This document shows positions 10,463 to 20,000 of a stretch of 32,000 nt of DNA, piece by piece. This stretch comes from Candidatus Kuenenia stuttgartensis. Its GTDB lineage: Bacteria; Planctomycetota; Brocadiia; Brocadiales; Brocadiaceae. Positions within the stretch are counted from its first letter, which is position 1, and every line of letters begins with the position of its first letter. The DNA lies in NCBI RefSeq assembly GCF_900232105.1, contig NZ_LT934425.1:1140001-1172000 (forward strand). The letters are read 5' to 3'. The notes under the pieces were generated by a model. It worked only from the letters and a program-made list of their open reading frames with translations, was not told the DNA's origin and did no database searches. The translations under genes were made by a program, and so were the position numbers.

Positions 10463-10510
10463 AGGTATATACTAAACAGGCTTATAACAGGTGAATTCAG
10501 TACAGACGGC

Positions 10511-10585
10511 GTGAAGAAGTTTTTAGATAAAAAAAGGGCTAGCAACATAATTTACTTGCTGGCCCTTAAATACCTCAAATGCAAC
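10511..10585. repeat. About 75-bp direct repeat, copy 1, containing hairpin GGGCTAGCAA..TTGCTGGCCC
   Basis: 'gtgaagaagttttyagataaaaaaagggcyagcaacataatttacttgctggcccttaaatacctcaaatgcaact' is nearly identical to 10802-10876. Confidence 0.85.
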
Positions 10586-10599
10586 TCCAGGCGGGTCCA

Positions 10600-10765
10600 G
10601 GTTTGTAACCTGAACCTATAGTTTATGCAGATAATGGGGGCCATGTAATGCGGTAAAATTCCAATGCCAAAATCACAAAATCTTTGTTTGGAATTTATTT
10701 GTCATTTGTTCTGCCAACAAAAGGCGGGATTGAACGTATAAAACGTTTGGTTCAGGTTACAAACC
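10600..10765. repeat. MITE-like short element, copy A (perfect 17-bp terminal inverted repeats)
   Basis: Starts GGTTTGTAACCTGAACC and ends GGTTCAGGTTACAAACC (exact reverse complement); 166 bp; homologous copy at 31453-31625. Confidence 0.75.
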
Positions 10766-10827
10766 AATATCATTAACTTAATGATATTGGGATGCAGTCC
10801 TGTGAAGAAGTTTTCAGATAAAAAAAA

Positions 10828-10857
10828 GGGCCAGCAACATAATTTACTTGCTGGCCC
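10828..10857 (-). terminator. Rho-independent terminator downstream of the focA-type gene
   Basis: Perfect 10-bp stem GGGCCAGCAA/TTGCTGGCCC with 10-nt loop; on the minus strand followed by a T tract. The repeated copy at 10536-10565 has the same polarity. Confidence 0.8.
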
Positions 10858-10920
10858 TTAAATACCTCAAATGCAACTTTATAACATAAATGTACGTAAA
10901 AAATCACTCGTTGTAGTACA

Positions 10921-11823
10921 TTACGCCTTCATCTTCATCTTCACTTTTACATCTTTAATCTCTTCAAATGTCTGACCTGCACCAGGCAACTCACCGGCGC
11001 CTGAACCACCTTGTATGGCAGCACTCATCCTCTTTGCGCCCCGTTCATCCATGTAGGTAGCAAACCAATAGAGGAATGTTACAAAGAATCCACCTCCCAC
11101 AATATTACCCAAGGTAACCGAAACAAGGTTCCATCCGAACATCTTGCCGAAGTTGATAACAGCAGGGTCATGAGGCAATAAACATGCCAGCGTCATAATA
11201 GACATATTTGCAACACAATGCTCCATACCTGTAGTAACAAAGCAGAACAAGCACCACCAAATCATAATAAGTTTGCCAGAGTCGCTCGTACATCTGAAAC
11301 TACTCCAGACAGCAAGACAAACAAGCCAATTACAAAAAATACCCCTGAAAAACAATTCCCACCATGGCGCATTCATTTTATATGTTGCTACTTTCAGCAA
11401 AAACGACAACCATGGATCTTTGGCAAAAACACCTGTGGGAATAAGCATTAATGCAAACAACATTGAACCTGCCAAATTACCTATATATGTCCAAAACCAC
11501 CCTAACATACTATCACCAAACGTTACTGTACCTCTAAAGCAACCTTTAAAAATCAATAGATTATAACCCGTAAACAGTTCAGCACCGGCAAAAACTACGA
11601 GCGCCAATGCCAGGCCAAAGAATATTCCGGCAGCAATCTTACCCAGCCCTGGATTTATTGCTCCGATAGGAGCCGCAACAATAAATGCAATGAGAACACC
11701 AAACCCAATATAAAAACCTGCCATTACGGAAAGCGTCAAAAAGCCTATAAGGCTATGTTTCATGCAAGTCGCTTTTTTAAGTGAAACCGCCGCAATTGCA
11801 TCAACAGCACCAGTATATAACAT
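10921..11823 (-). CDS. Formate/nitrite transporter family protein (FocA/NirC-type)
   Basis: 300 aa, multiple TM segments, 'GKIAAGIFFGLALALVVFAGAELFTGYNLL', 'NWLVCLAVWSSF', 'GMEHCVANM', 'GNIVGGGFFV', all FNT family hallmarks. Confidence 0.92.
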   Translation of the reverse strand: MLYTGAVDAIAAVSLKKATCMKHSLIGFLTLSVMAGFYIGFGVLIAFIVAAPIGAINPGLGKIAAGIFFGLALALVVFAGAELFTGYNLLIFKGCFRGTVTFGDSMLGWFWTYIGNLAGSMLFALMLIPTGVFAKDPWLSFLLKVATYKMNAPWWELFFRGIFCNWLVCLAVWSSFRCTSDSGKLIMIWWCLFCFVTTGMEHCVANMSIMTLACLLPHDPAVINFGKMFGWNLVSVTLGNIVGGGFFVTFLYWFATYMDERGAKRMSAAIQGGSGAGELPGAGQTFEEIKDVKVKMKMKA

Positions 11824-11956
11824 TAATTTTTTCTCCTTTAAAATAATGTTGAAAACACCATCTTAAAAACCTCTCCTTAAGCCTCGTTAATACAACCAAA
11901 ATTGCCACCATTCCAAACTGAGTAACCATATACATTCACTCCTTATTTGCCTTTGC

Positions 11957-12064
11957 TTACGACCTTAAAACACCTCCTTTCTCTTTCATCTCATACATCA
12001 TTATTCCCTCTACAAAATACTTGTACGTTTTTTTGCCGCAATACAGCACTGCAATAACAGACAT
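11957..12064 (-). CDS. Possible 35-aa single-pass membrane peptide MSVIAVLYCGKKTYKYFVEGIMMYEMKEKGGVLRS
   Basis: Read from the minus strand in a frame not in the supplied ORF list; hydrophobic N-terminus then charged tail; lies between focA-type gene and the coiled-coil gene. Confidence 0.25.
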   Translation of the reverse strand: MSVIAVLYCGKKTYKYFVEGIMMYEMKEKGGVLRS

Positions 12065-12178
12065 TAAAGCAATGAATGCATAAACCTAAATATCCCGAGT
12101 CCGTCCTTTTTTTCTGTTTTCGTTTTACCCACGTGTAAACTATACCGGGTGGCATGGACAAATTGCTTTTGTACTCTG

Positions 12179-12610
12179 TTATTTCCCACTCCTCATATCG
12201 CTGATAGTCTGCCTTGCAAGCGACAACTGGTCCTCCAGCGCCCATATTTCTCCCTGCAATTTTGCCTTTTCAGCCTCAAGGAATGCAATTGCATCGTTCA
12301 TCTCCTCGTTTTTACGTTTTAGATCCAACTCCCGCTGAGCAAGCAGTTTCGCAGCATTTTCCGCCGCTTCCTTTTGTTGTTTTATTTCATTTACCAACGC
12401 ATTCGCTTCTTCAACTGAAGCGAACGCCTTCATAACCCTTTTGGTCGTTTCTTCCTTAAACGTTTTCTCCCTCCGGTAACCAAGGTCTTTCATGGAATAA
12501 TATTTGCTTATCATCTTCGCCGCAAATGCAATGTTTATGAATAACAATATTATTATTAAAGTCTTTGCGTTTACCGAAAAACCCTTTGCCTTTGCCTGTT
12601 CATTTCCCAT
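12179..12610 (-). CDS. Small membrane-anchored coiled-coil protein of unknown function
   Basis: 143 aa; N-terminal TM 'AKTLIIILLFINIAFAAKMI' followed by a heptad-rich Glu/Lys/Ala region to the C-terminus. Confidence 0.7.
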   Translation of the reverse strand: MGNEQAKAKGFSVNAKTLIIILLFINIAFAAKMISKYYSMKDLGYRREKTFKEETTKRVMKAFASVEEANALVNEIKQQKEAAENAAKLLAQRELDLKRKNEEMNDAIAFLEAEKAKLQGEIWALEDQLSLARQTISDMRSGK

Positions 12611-12660
12611 AATTTACACTCCTCGTTAGTGTATTTAAATTCTTACTATCATATAAACGC

Positions 12661-13407
12661 TTATCTTTCCGTTATGTCCCTAAATACACCTTCAATTCTT
12701 AACGGCTTACCATTTTCATCACGGACAAGATTACACGTTGTTTCAGAAATAAACTTTTCTCCATTTTTTCTTTTGCAATAAGCGGTAAAATCCCTCCAGA
12801 CTTCCACCTCTTCCAATTTTTCCAGCAATTCCTTCCTGTCGTCAGGGTTTACATAAATATCCGCCAATCGCGAACCAACTACTTCTCCCGGCGAGCTGTA
12901 TCCAAGAATCTCTGCACCTGCCTGATTAATCCACTTAAATACGCCGTCCTTGCCGGGTTCACACTGAAAAATCCCCTCCTTCAAAGAATTTAATAACAGT
13001 CTGTATCTCTTTTCAGACTCAATAATATCCAGCTCCGCCTTTTTTCGCTCAGTGATATCCCTGAGTACGCCACGAATAGCAACAGGCTTGCCTCTTTCAT
13101 CTCTGACCAGGGTGCTGGTACGTTCCGCGTAAAAAGTCTCCCCATTCTTCCTTTTAAAGAGCGACGTAAAATCACGCAACATACCCTCTTTTTCCAGCTT
13201 TTCGCAAAGCAGCCTTCTGTTCGCTGAGTCCACATAAATATCTCTAACTTTTGTACCTATTACCTCTTCGGGGTTGTCAAACCCAAGAATCTCAGCGCCG
13301 GCCTTGTTGATAAACGTAAATGTACCTTCCACTTCAGGCTCTGACTGATAAATACCCTCTTTCAAAGACTCAAACAGTTCTCTGTAACGGCGCTCGGACT
13401 CAATCAC
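12661..13407 (-). CDS. PAS-PAS/PAC sensory module lacking an output domain; probably the 3' half of the gene below
   Basis: Two PAS/PAC repeats each ending 'RDITER'; start GTG overlaps the upstream ORF's TGA at a 10-A tract. Confidence 0.75.
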   Translation of the reverse strand: MIESERRYRELFESLKEGIYQSEPEVEGTFTFINKAGAEILGFDNPEEVIGTKVRDIYVDSANRRLLCEKLEKEGMLRDFTSLFKRKNGETFYAERTSTLVRDERGKPVAIRGVLRDITERKKAELDIIESEKRYRLLLNSLKEGIFQCEPGKDGVFKWINQAGAEILGYSSPGEVVGSRLADIYVNPDDRKELLEKLEEVEVWRDFTAYCKRKNGEKFISETTCNLVRDENGKPLRIEGVFRDITER

Positions 13408-14462
13408 TTTTTTTTTTCCTCATCCAGTGCGCACGCAGTAGTAAGCTGCCGGGCAATAAGAACTGCCGCGATTATAATGGGAAACGCAAGAAACAACAAA
13501 ATCGCATTTACAACATACTGAAGATTATAGACAACGCCGTACCCTTCATCCTTGTCGATTTCTGTAATAAGCCCCCAGTTGAAATCCGGCATCCATCGCC
13601 ACACACCCAATACCGTTACCCCGCTATAATCTTTGTATCCCCTTGCGTCAAACCCGTCAGTGCCTGCAATACACTGGGCTACGCCATACGTCAACACATC
13701 AGTGCCAGGCTCAACCACCTTCAGTTCCAGTGAACACCGCTTTTCCACCACACCCATTTCCCTGAGCGTTTCGGCAAACCGTGATTCAGTGATCATGTAC
13801 CCTTCTCTGTTCACGAGGTATGCCTCACCCGTTGTGCCCAATTCAACTTTTACGACCATATCGCTCAACGTGTTAATGTCAAGTCGTAAAACTATTACCC
13901 CGTTGATTATGCCTGATTCGTCTTTTACCGGTGCCGAAACAAACATGGTAGGCACACCCATTTCTTTTTCACCATTTTCGTTTATAAGTGGAATATCAGC
14001 AGGGTGCACCTCAGAAACGAACGTTTTACCCCTTGTAGCCTCCGTAAAATAATTTTTTTGGGAAACATCGCCTCCCACCATAATTTCCATTGTTGAAATG
14101 GTAACCAGGCCATTGCTGTTGCATAGAAATATTTCTTTGTATCCGTATTCAGATATTAACCTGTTCAGATACAATAAAATACTTGCATAATCTGCGTCTT
14201 TCTTTGTAATTTTCAAACTCTTAAGAATGACAGGGCTGTCGCCAATCACACGAGCGTCTTTCTGCCTTTCGCGCATCCATGTTCGTATCAAATCCTCTTG
14301 CTTAGACTCAACCCCCTGCAGGTTTCTTACCAACTCCCTCTCAACATCGGACTGCATCTTCGGATACGCGACGATCCTCAGTACTACCAAAGGCAGCAAG
14401 GTAAATGCAATCAGCAAAAAAATGAGTCGATTCCTGATCGAAATAAACATTTTTTTCTCCAT
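13404..14462 (-). CDS. Membrane-bound double-Cache (dCache-like) sensor domain protein
   Basis: N-terminal TM, extracytoplasmic 'NYFTEATRGKTFVSEVHPAD ... GTTGEAYLVNREGYMITESRF', second TM 'AILLFLAFPIIIAAVLIARQLT', ends 'EEKKK*'. Confidence 0.75.
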   Translation of the reverse strand: MEKKMFISIRNRLIFLLIAFTLLPLVVLRIVAYPKMQSDVERELVRNLQGVESKQEDLIRTWMRERQKDARVIGDSPVILKSLKITKKDADYASILLYLNRLISEYGYKEIFLCNSNGLVTISTMEIMVGGDVSQKNYFTEATRGKTFVSEVHPADIPLINENGEKEMGVPTMFVSAPVKDESGIINGVIVLRLDINTLSDMVVKVELGTTGEAYLVNREGYMITESRFAETLREMGVVEKRCSLELKVVEPGTDVLTYGVAQCIAGTDGFDARGYKDYSGVTVLGVWRWMPDFNWGLITEIDKDEGYGVVYNLQYVVNAILLFLAFPIIIAAVLIARQLTTACALDEEKKK

Positions 14463-14495
14463 AATTTAACAAAATTGCACATCCAAAAATAACTA

Positions 14496-15045
14496 TTACA
14501 ACCTGTAACCGTTTTTCACTTCCCACCTTGCCTGCCAGTGCGAAGGATACTCACGCTTTCCAAGTTTATCAAACACAACGACAACTATCATCAGAATAAT
14601 AACACCTACCATAACGGGGTTTAAGTGTACATATACCCCAGAACCTAAACCTCCGGACTGTACTGCTACATAAGCTATGGCACCTGCCGGAGGATGAATA
14701 GAGCATGTTACCATTATAAGTACGACCGCAATGGCAACGCCAATTGAAATCTAATACCAGTTAGTGCCAAACAAATCATAAATCACACACCATGAGCACG
14801 CACCGGCAAAATGCATCATAATCACATTTCTAGGCTGCGCCAGGGGGGCTTTATACGCCTCGTAAATCAACACCGCAGACGCACCAAAAGGGCCTAATAA
14901 CATAGAAAATCCTGAAGAAAACGCAAGCCATGACGTAATCTCTATGCCTTTGATCGCACCAAACAAGGCTAAACCACAACTCCCTCGCAGAAATCGCCGA
15001 ATGCAACATTTTCGGCAACTTCTTTACCGTCTCTAAAAGCGACAT
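14496..15045 (-). pseudogene. HPP-family integral membrane protein gene, disrupted
   Basis: Fragments 'GPFGASAVLIYEAYKAPLAQPRNVI' and 'IMVTCSIHPPAGAIAYVAV' are HPP signatures; the two fragments share one frame separated by a TAG at 14751-14753, and the N-terminal 'MSLLETVKKLPKMLHSAISARELWFS' is in another frame (frameshift near 14970). Confidence 0.8.
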
Positions 15046-15598
15046 TTTTTTCTCTCCCTCATTTTTTAGATGCAAAAAAAATTCGCTAAACAAGCACAAC
15101 AACAGATATTATTACCATCATCTCACCATCTTAGCATTTTACAGGGTTTCATTTCCTCTGCACAAAAAACTCCTGCTGCATAACTCATCCGTCAACCCCA
15201 ATCACGAGTTATCCGCTGTTCAGAATAATGAGGATAAGACCCCTGCATAACGAAAAAATCATGTCCCCCTCTCTCTTTCTCTCTTAACACGCCCTTAATT
15301 TACCAAAATCTTTCCCAGATGAACAAGTATCATCAATAAAAACAAAACAACCATCAACATTAACTACGGCCATACCAAACCTATTAGAGTAAATTGCAAG
15401 ACTTGCATTTGTACGGTATACGACATATACGAAAAATATACCAACACCCCCACAAAAAACAAAAAAACCTTCCCCTGATAACGTAACATATATAAATACC
15501 TATATTTGCGTAATAATCAGAAAAAGGGCGCTCAAATAAAATATTTGCAGGCAAACATTAAAAATATTTCATAATGCAATAGCAATTTCAGTATGAAA

Positions 15599-17005
15599 TC
15601 ATTTTATGCCATCATCGGGAATTTCATGTTGGGGTTTGATTTTGTATTTTTTGATCTTTCTCCAAAGTGTTGTTGTCGAAATGCCGAGCACTTGCGAAAC
15701 CTTTGTCTGGTTGCCGCCATATTTATTCATTGCCTCAACTATGGCGTTTTTTTCCTGTTCCGACAGGGTTTCAACAATAGAAGATTTTACCGTCACATCC
15801 CTCTCCGGATTGCTATTATGCGCAACAAACCCTCCCGTAGGAAGCGGAAGCGCCTCTACCCCGATTACCTGATTCTTCGACAAGGCAACCGCCCTTTCTA
15901 CAATATTTTGCAATTCCCTGATATTGCCCGGCCAATCATAATTCAGCAAAACAGCCATCGCGCTACCGGAAAAGACCCTTTTGTCCTTTTTTAATTTATC
16001 TGTATACAACTCCAGAAAATAATTGACCAGCAAGGGGATGTCTTCCTTTCGCTCTTTTAATTGGGGCAAATGGATGCGTATAACGTTAATACGGTAAAAC
16101 AGGTCTTTTCTAAACCGTCCCTGATTAACAGCCCTCTCAAGATTTTCATTTGTTGCGGCAATAATCCTCACATCCACATGTATTGATTTGTTTCCGCCTA
16201 CCTGTCGAATTTCCCCATCTTGCAGAAAACGCAAGAGTTTTACCTGGGTAGAGGCAGACGTTTCCCCGATTTCATCCAGAAAAATAGTTCCCTTATGTGC
16301 ATGGTGGAACAACCCTACCTTCTCTTTCACCGCCCCGGTAAAAGACCCTTTTGCGTGGCCAAAGAGTTCGCTCTCCTGCAAATTTTCCGGTAACGCGCCG
16401 CAATTAATAACAACAAACGGGTATCCGCTGCGGGGGCCGTTGTAATGAATCGCCCTTGCAATCAACTCTTTCCCGGTTCCGCTTTCTCCCGTTATCAGGA
16501 CAGTGCTTTCGGTGCGGCTCACATCTGCTGTAACCTTCAGTACCTCTACCATAACGGCAGAATTGCCGATAATCCCCTCCAGCTTATATTTTTCCCTTAC
16601 TTCTCCTTCCAGATATTTAAGCCGCTCTTTCAGTTCCTTTTTTTCAAGGGCATTCTTAGCAACCTTTAACATTTCCTGATAACGAAAAGGCTTGGTGACA
16701 TAATCGTACGCGCCTTCCCGGATCGCCTGAACAGCCGTGCTAATAGCGCCATATGCCGTAATTACTATTACCTCGGTCGCCGGATTTTCTGTTTTTACGG
16801 CATTGAGCACCTCCAAACCATTCACCTTCTTCATCTTTAAATCCGTCACTACCAGATCGTATACGTTGCCGTCCGACAGCTTCTTAATCGCACCTTCACC
16901 ACTTGATACACACTCTACGTGATACCCTTCGTCCTTAAACGCAATCAGGAGGGACTCTCTCATTGCATCCTGATCTTCTACTACAAGTATTTTATAGTTT
17001 TTCAT
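15599..17005 (-). CDS. Sigma-54-dependent response regulator (REC-AAA+-Fis-type HTH)
   Basis: 'ILVVEDQDAMRESLLIAFKDEGY', 'GESGTGKELIARAIHYNG', 'GELFGHAKGSFTGA', 'VSQVLGISTTTLWRKIKKY'. Start placed at MKNYKIL. Confidence 0.93.
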   Translation of the reverse strand: MKNYKILVVEDQDAMRESLLIAFKDEGYHVECVSSGEGAIKKLSDGNVYDLVVTDLKMKKVNGLEVLNAVKTENPATEVIVITAYGAISTAVQAIREGAYDYVTKPFRYQEMLKVAKNALEKKELKERLKYLEGEVREKYKLEGIIGNSAVMVEVLKVTADVSRTESTVLITGESGTGKELIARAIHYNGPRSGYPFVVINCGALPENLQESELFGHAKGSFTGAVKEKVGLFHHAHKGTIFLDEIGETSASTQVKLLRFLQDGEIRQVGGNKSIHVDVRIIAATNENLERAVNQGRFRKDLFYRINVIRIHLPQLKERKEDIPLLVNYFLELYTDKLKKDKRVFSGSAMAVLLNYDWPGNIRELQNIVERAVALSKNQVIGVEALPLPTGGFVAHNSNPERDVTVKSSIVETLSEQEKNAIVEAMNKYGGNQTKVSQVLGISTTTLWRKIKKYKIKPQHEIPDDGIK

Positions 17006-17015
17006 GATTAAAAAA

Positions 17016-20000
17016 TTATCCTGCCAAAAGGTTGCCCTGCACATCCTGTTTTTCGTTCATAACGGGCAATTTTATATAAAAAGCCGTTCCCCTGCCATAT
17101 TTACTCTTCACATCTATCGTACCTCCATGCTCATCAATGATACGCTGAACAACGGACAGCCCAAGCCCGGTGCCTTCCGATTTTGTCGTATAAAAAGGCT
17201 CAAATACCTTGTTTATTTCGTGCTCAGCCATCCCAATCCCGTTGTCCGATATGATGATCTCGATTGCATTTCTCAAAAATAATGTAGTTTTCCGTACAAC
17301 AATCCTGATTCGGCCGCCATCGGGCATTGCATCCAAAGAATTTATAAATAAATTCCATAATATCTGATGGATTAAATCCGTATCAATATAGACTTTAGGC
17401 AGTACGGTTTCGTAGATTTCCTTTATTTCAATTTTATCCGTAAACCTCTTATCCTGCCCTAAGAGAAAAATGGTATTTTTAATTATTCCCTTGATGTCCT
17501 GCAAAACTAAGGAAGGCTCGCGGGGATGCGCAAACGACAGGAAATCGCTTATAATCCTGTCCAACCTTTCCGATTCCCCGACAATCATTTCCAGCAAATC
17601 CATGTCCTGTCCGGACAATTTCAGATGTGAATCTAAAATCCCAACCGAATTGCAGATTGCCCCCAGAGGGTTTCTTATTTCATGGGCAATTGCGGCGGCC
17701 AGTTCACCCATTGAAGCCAGTTTTTCGGAGCGCCTGACCTGATCTTCCATCCTTTTCCTCTCGGAAATATCTCTGACAAACTCTCTGATAAATATACATT
17801 CGCCTGTTTTCCGGTTGTAAAAACCCGTCCCATGAATCTCGACATTTATTTCATTTCCGGATTTCGAGAGAAAGACCGTTTCCAGCTCGCTGCTTCCCGT
17901 CTCTTTTATCAGGTTTATATGCCGTTTTATCTCGTCGCGGTAACCGGCAGGAACGATATCTCCAAGTTTCATCTGTTTCATTTCTTCAATAGCATATCCC
18001 AGTTTGTTTAGCTCCGTTTTGTTGACGTCGGTAAAATTCCCTTCAGGATGAATCTCGTGAATCATTTCCGGCGCATTCTCCACAAGATCCCTGTATTTTT
18101 TTTCTGATTCTTTGATAGACAAAAACAGCCTGGCATTTTCAATGGTAATCGCTATTTGAGAAGTCAACTGGTTTAATACGTCATAATGCATTTCCTTAAA
18201 AGCGTTTTTCTTATAGCTCCCTAACGTTAACGTCCCAATCGATTCCCCTTTTGATTTCAATGGAAAACATAAATAGGAATGTATCTCTTTTTCATAGAGT
18301 TTGTTGTCGAAAGCGTATTCTCCACTGCTTGTGTCCGCAACAAAGACGGGGACTCCCTTTTCAAAAACAATGTCCTGCGCCATTGTTTTTCCCGGTAGTT
18401 GTTGAATGCCCAGCCAATTTTTTGCCAACAACACCCCGTCAACAATATTCGATTCTTCAAACATTTCAGGCCCGTCCGGAAAATACGCTACGCTTAACCA
18501 TGTAATATCAATCATGCGTTTCAATTCCCTGAATACCGCCTCATAAACCGCCTTAATATCAATGCCGGAAGCTATTGTCTTATTAATATTATTAATAATA
18601 TCCTTTTCCAGGGCTATCAGCTTAACCTTTGTGATGTCCTTTGAAATGACTACAAAACCAATGGGTTTCCCATTTTCAGAGCGCCGCAACGTTGCCGTAT
18701 CATGCACCGGAAAGACTTCGCCGTTTCTCCTCCGTTTCAGCACTTCGCCTTCAAATCGTCCGCTCTTAAAGGCCTTTTCAAGGATGAAATCTACCTTTCC
18801 GGACTCAATATCCTCTTCCACGTGAAGTTTTCTTATATTAGCAATGCCAATCATCTCTTCCTGCCGGTATCCAAAAATCAAGCTCGCACCTTTATTAAAA
18901 GCAAGAATGTTGCCGCTCAAATCCTGGGCAATAATAGAATATTCCGTAGAACCAGCGAGGATACTATTTAAAAAATTGGTGGTGGACTGAAGTTCAAGTG
19001 TTCTTTCCTTAACTTTATTTTCAAGATCAATCGTATAATTTCTCAGTTTTATCGTTTTTTCTTCAAGAGACGCCGCCATCACATTAAACTCTTTTGCCAG
19101 TTTTCCTATTTCATCGTTTCTTTCTTTATATATGACCCTTTGCCCCAGATCACCGCCGGTTATTTTCTTCGTTACTTCGGTAATTTCATAAATAGGAGAG
19201 GTTATTCTCCTGCTAAAGTAAAAAGCAGCCAGGGTAAGCGGAAATGCCAGCACCATTAACATAGAGAGTACAAAGTTTTTTAAACTATAGGCAGTTTCAT
19301 AGCCTTCGTGAATGTTTATCTGTGTAAGCAACCCGCAGTTAATATCGGCAATCCAGCACCATGCGCCCAACACTTTGCATCCGTTATAATTAATATACCC
19401 TTTTGTATCGTATCCATCTCTGCCGCTCAAACACTCTGCCGCTCCCGCAGTACGCATTCCGGTACGGGGATTTAATACTTTTAATTCAAATATGGTGTTT
19501 CTTCGTATCAGTCCTGAATTTTTTAATTCCTCTAAAAACCGTGACTCTGTTACCATATAACCTTCCCGGTTAATCAGAAAGGTCTCTCCTGTTGCCCCTA
19601 ACTTTACATTTTTTAAAATATCGTTAAGGGGCGTTGTATCTATGCCAAAAACGACGGCGCCCAGAAGAGAATTGTCCGGTTTAAGGATCGGAGCAGATAA
19701 AAATATTACATAACTTTCCGCAGAACGGCCTGCCTCATCCTCCATGAAAAAAGGCGTGATGCCTGACGTCTCCATTTCCCCCATTAGCGCTTCACGGCAA
19801 TACTCAGCATACCTGTTGCTTCTTTCAGCAGGTTTTGGAGCCGAAGCAACCACGCTTTCCTCCAGGGAGACAACACCTATCGTTTTATATCCATACTCGT
19901 TTTTAATCTTTTCGGTATATGCTGACAAGGCGGAAAAATCATCGCCGGAAATGGCACTTGCAAATGAAACAGAAATATTTTTTGTTATCATTTTCGCCTC

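Noticed and set aside
11991-12245. 84-aa minus-strand ORF
   Set aside because: Overlaps the end of the coiled-coil gene in another frame and has no plausible domain; an alternative short membrane peptide frame (11957-12064) fits better but is itself weak.
13320-14052. Plus-strand ORFs of 137 and 139 aa (13320-13733, 13633-14052)
   Set aside because: Antisense to the well-supported dCache sensor gene; composition looks like reverse-complement coding shadow.
14851-15102. 84-aa ORF as an independent gene
   Set aside because: Its first in-frame part 'MSLLETVKKLPKMLHSAISARELWFS' is the N-terminus of the HPP gene and the remainder is a frameshifted reading of the conserved HPP region.
15061-15598. 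Sigma54 promoter sought in the 540-bp gap and upstream of the FNT and sensor genes
   Set aside because: I found no convincing GG-N10-GC element with the right spacing by eye; a motif scan is needed before any claim.
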